A DNA stretch of 64,000 nucleotides, taken from contig MU004235.1 of assembly GCA_010405405.1 (NCBI GenBank), positions 324,538 to 388,537 on the forward strand, read 5' to 3'. Below the pieces are notes generated by a model. The model was not told the DNA's origin. It worked only from the letters and a program-made list of their open reading frames with translations, and searched no databases. This document shows, in pieces, positions 60,399-64,000 of this stretch. This DNA is from Microthyrium microscopicum. Lineage: Eukaryota. How positions within the stretch are numbered: position 1 is the stretch's first letter; each line of letters starts with the position of its first letter. A program made the position numbers and the translations under genes.

Positions 60399-62675
60399 TC
60401 AGCTTCGAAAGTTGCGCTGATGATCTTTGAGCTTCTCAGGCTCAACCGCTTCCACTCCTTCACGCTTCCGAGCCAATGCCGCGCGAATATTTTGGACCGC
60501 CTCGATCTGAGCATCAAGATGGACATCAAAATCCTCACCGAGATTATCGATCTCTGCATCAGTGGCTTGATCGAGTCGTTCCTTCAGCTTCCGTCGCTCA
60601 TTGTTGACTCGAAGGAAGTCCGTCACAGCCTCTTGTCGCGACTTCTCAGCCTGGGCAATCATGGAGTCTGGTGACATAGCTCGGGGACGATTTGAGCCCT
60701 CTGCCGTCGCAGAGACTGCAGGATCATGTTCATTGAGGGATTCTATCCAATCAGTGAGATCCGCTTCATTGCTTGGGCTTTCGCTGTAGGGAGCCTGACG
60801 AACTTTCGCCGGGCTATTGCCGTAGATCGGAGTGAAAAATTCTTCGTCGGAACTGCTTTCTTCAGTAGCGACTTCCTCAGTGGCGTTGACATCTTCTTCA
60901 GCTGGCGTTTCCTGAGCAGGAAATTGCTCAGTCACGTCTGCAGGTCGTTCCTAGTGAACTGCAGTACGTGCTGAAGCCAAGATATAAGAAGCACGAGTCC
61001 GATAGTCAGCAGCTCGGTCTGCCTCAATTCGCTGTTGCAACTCCTTATCGGTGAAATTGGCAACGCGCTGCTGAATAGCTCGTAGCTCCTCCTGTGTCAG
61101 TGGCTCGAAGCTGAAATCAGCCTGACTCGAGTCCACGACTTCATCAGGCTCATTCTCTTCCGGCACGGTAGCCATTTCCACTTCTGTCAGGAGGCTCTCG
61201 TCGACAGCGGCCTCTTCGAGATCCTCAGCTTCAACCACAGGCTTCCGAAGGAGGCGATCTAGTTCCTCGTCGGGAATCGGGCTGAACGAGACATCTGTGT
61301 AGGCCAATTCGACGACTCTTGAGTCAGCAGGAGATGGCAACTCTCCTGTCGCTTCCGACAGGGACAGTTCGAGATCTCGCCGACGTCCTTCACGAATCTG
61401 GCGGAGAAATTCTTCCCCAACGGAGCTGAAAGAAATATCGGTATCGGAAGAACCCATATCGGGAGCTGCAGGAGGAGAGGATGGGACTTCTTCCGGAAGG
61501 GTCTCGACCAACGTAGTTGATCGCGGCTGCTGGAGTCGTATCTCGGACGCGCGGACCAAATGACCAAGCTGTGACTCATCGATGGCGCTGAAGGAGGTTT
61601 CGCTCTCATCTGGAGAAGCCACATTGACCTGGTAAGGCGAACTGCCCACTTCGGCCGACGAGAATCGCTCATTTAGGAGATCTGAAGTGTCGATAAGGGA
61701 AAAGTCCTCCAGATCTTGCGTCGCAGATCGTGCTTGTTCGACTTCCGTACCCGAATCTTCTCGGCTATGCTGCCGACTCGCGTTTCGCTTCTCTAGATCG
61801 AGCGATATGCGAACAGGCATGTCGGGCAGATCCGCGGACTTCTTTCCTTTCGGCACAAATGATATCCGCGGTGGGGGATTCAAAAGGTCCACAGACTTGA
61901 CTTCTCGTGGCGTCTTTGGTGTTCTACCCAGAATCTCCCAATTGCCACCGGGCGAAGGCGTCGCAACCTCAGTTCGAGGGAAACGATAGCTCGTTCCCAG
62001 CGATGGCTTCTGTTTATTTTGCGGCACGCCGAAAGGATCCTCTGGTGCCGTACTTGTAACAAGATGGCCATTGACAAGACCATTCGGTACGCGTCGAAGC
62101 TGCCGCAGTGGCTGTCGCTTTCGAGGAGAGCGGCCGATGGGAGCAACTATTGGCGAGTGGTCGACGGCGCGGACGGTTCTATGTCGCTTTGCGAATCTTA
62201 GAACGAGGTCGTATGGAGAGGCGGGCTCCCGGGCTTCTTTTACAGGGCTCAATTGATGAGCGACAGCAGTCTCTGGGAGCTGGCCAAGATTTCTTATTCT
62301 CTGGCGAGTGAGCTGGGAGAATATTGGTGCTCGGGCTGCGGGTGCCTCTGGCTCCACCTTGGCCTCTTGCTTGGGTTGGGACTCTTTGCGAGAGACCTTG
62401 CGCACACCAGACGAGATTCGTTTGCCGAGTCTATCAATAAGACTCGCTTTCTTTGGCTTGGCATCGACCACCTTTGTGGTCTCAAGATTGCGCTCATTCG
62501 CGCGTCTTCGAATCTTTCTTGTTTCTGCCCGAAGATCTTCGAACTTTTGCGCCTTTTTTTGGCTCTGAAGGGAGTTAGAATTGTTTACTTCCAAGGTGTT
62601 GCAGAGATGACTTACCCAGACTGGAGCAGAAGGGGGAACATATGTCATGCCTGGAAATCCAAAGAATCCAAACAT
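60399..62675 (-). CDS. Large low-complexity/acidic hypothetical protein with in-frame TAG at 60951-60953
   Basis: ORFs 60951..62675 and 60399..60935 share a frame and composition. Probable 51-nt GTAAGT..CTAAC..CAG intron at 62615-62565. The frame stays open for another 49 codons past TGA 60399. Confidence 0.6.
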
Positions 62676-63128
62676 ATTGAAAGACTTTTGTTAAGGAACT
62701 GTAAGAAAGTTTGAGTTAGAACAGTGATAGTAAAAGACTGCTTTCAAGAGTAATCTTAATAATGATCTTGAAAGATCAATGGAGAAGAGTGATGTTATAT
62801 AGAAAGAGGAAGATCTCCAACTGGAGTCTTGAACAGGTGGGAAGGAGATGGTTTTGTTTACTTACTTGGTGACAGTGAATGGGTTGCTATGGGTGTCTCG
62901 TGGAGGTTGCTCTTAGGCAAGTTGTTTGTGTTTGTGTGTTGGTCGTTCTTGGTGAAGTCAGATGATCTGACCTGAACAACACAAAGACACGGCGATGAGA
63001 AGGGTGTTGAGAGCGTAGATGCAGATGATTCGTGGTGTCAAAGTGCTTTGAGAATGATATGGAACGAAAGCAGGATGCTCTGGGAGTAGAAAGTGTCAGT
63101 GATGGTTGAGTGGACGGGATGATGGTTG

Positions 63129-63196
63129 GGAAGAGTTGAAGGTTAGGAAGAGTTGGAGGTCAGGACAAGTTGGAGGTCAAGACAAGTTGGAGGAAG
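63129..63196 (+). repeat. 17-bp minisatellite, ~4 copies (GGA(A/C)(G/A)AGTTGGAGGTCA)
   Basis: ggaagagttgaaggtta ggaagagttggaggtca ggacaagttggaggtca agacaagttggaggaag. Confidence 0.8.
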
Positions 63197-64000
63197 TAAG
63201 TGAAGGCGAAGAGGAGAATGGTACTAACCTGAAAAGAACCGTCTGCTTTTTCGCGATTGTGGCGTCGTCAAGCTTCAGTGACTGTCTGCCACTTTGCTAT
63301 GGGACTCGCTGACGCAAGACGACTCGGCGTTTCAAGACAAGATGGTGGGCGCGAAGCTGAGGATACTGACCGTTGGTTTTGTTGAGAGGAATGTGATAAG
63401 GGGCTTGTGATAAGGAGTTTGATATGATAGGAGAGACTTGTAAAATTGGAGTTTTGAAATCTGAAGGGTGGTAAGAGAGGGAAATGGTGAGAGGAAGAAG
63501 AGGAGACTGAGGAGCAGCAAAGATTGTCATCAACAGATATGGACGGCACCGAGTGCAAGATACAGTGACTTCATGTTGTCGCGACAACAGGCAGATGTTG
63601 CAGAGGTGGACTTCTCGCAGACTTGTGCAGTGACTTGACCGCGCCATGGCAACAACAGAGGAAGTCGTTCTACCATACTATTGATCAACCGGAGAGAGTT
63701 GCAACCTTCTTTCTTGACACGCAGTGAACATCAGTGCGGTTAATTTCGAGGGTACATATATAAAAGCGCCGAGATAGGTTGCAGTTGCAGATTTCAAAGC
63801 ATCGTACATCGAGGAATGTAGACTCTAGAGCCAGCCTGTGCCAAAGAACATCGTAAGAGCTATCGCCCATTTCATGCCGTACATTCACCCCGACACTGTC
63901 TTTGACAGACGTGGGCTCGGCTTTGTGGACGCAGACTTTGGCTGTTTAATCAGCGCAATCGCAAGAGAGGCTGTAGTGAGGATGGGAGTCTTCCAAGTCG

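Noticed and set aside
25972..60953. Variant genetic code (TAG/TAA reassigned)
   Set aside because: Conserved genes here terminate normally at TAG (RMP1, RSM10, GRS1) and TAA (GCN2, POP1).

Overview
Eukaryotic, intron-containing DNA from a filamentous ascomycete (Pezizomycotina, plausibly Dothideomycetes; this is inferred from gene content and short GT..CTAAC..YAG introns). About 26 protein genes are supported. Housekeeping genes: RMP1, RSM10, GCN2, Cut12-like, BUR1/SGV1, HOM3, RPF1, GRS1, POP1, APT1 and an HhH-GPD glycosylase. Secreted or accessory genes: a fatty-acid dioxygenase/P450-like fusion, a CBM18-AA7 oxidase, an S41 peptidase, a CFEM-like membrane protein and two SDRs. The most notable structures are: (i) two abutting TA-flanked MITE-like elements at 27572-28013, inside a degraded AT-rich island bracketed by a 57-bp direct repeat; (ii) two unusually long GCN2 introns sharing an ungapped 66-bp homologous, hairpin-forming core (introner-like elements or paralogous intronic RNAs); (iii) three otherwise intact genes interrupted by in-frame stops (TAG-GAA twice, TAA once), pointing to RIP leakage, restorative A-to-I editing/readthrough, or sequencing error. 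I recognised no tRNA, rRNA or CRISPR array. Exon boundaries were read by eye and are approximate.
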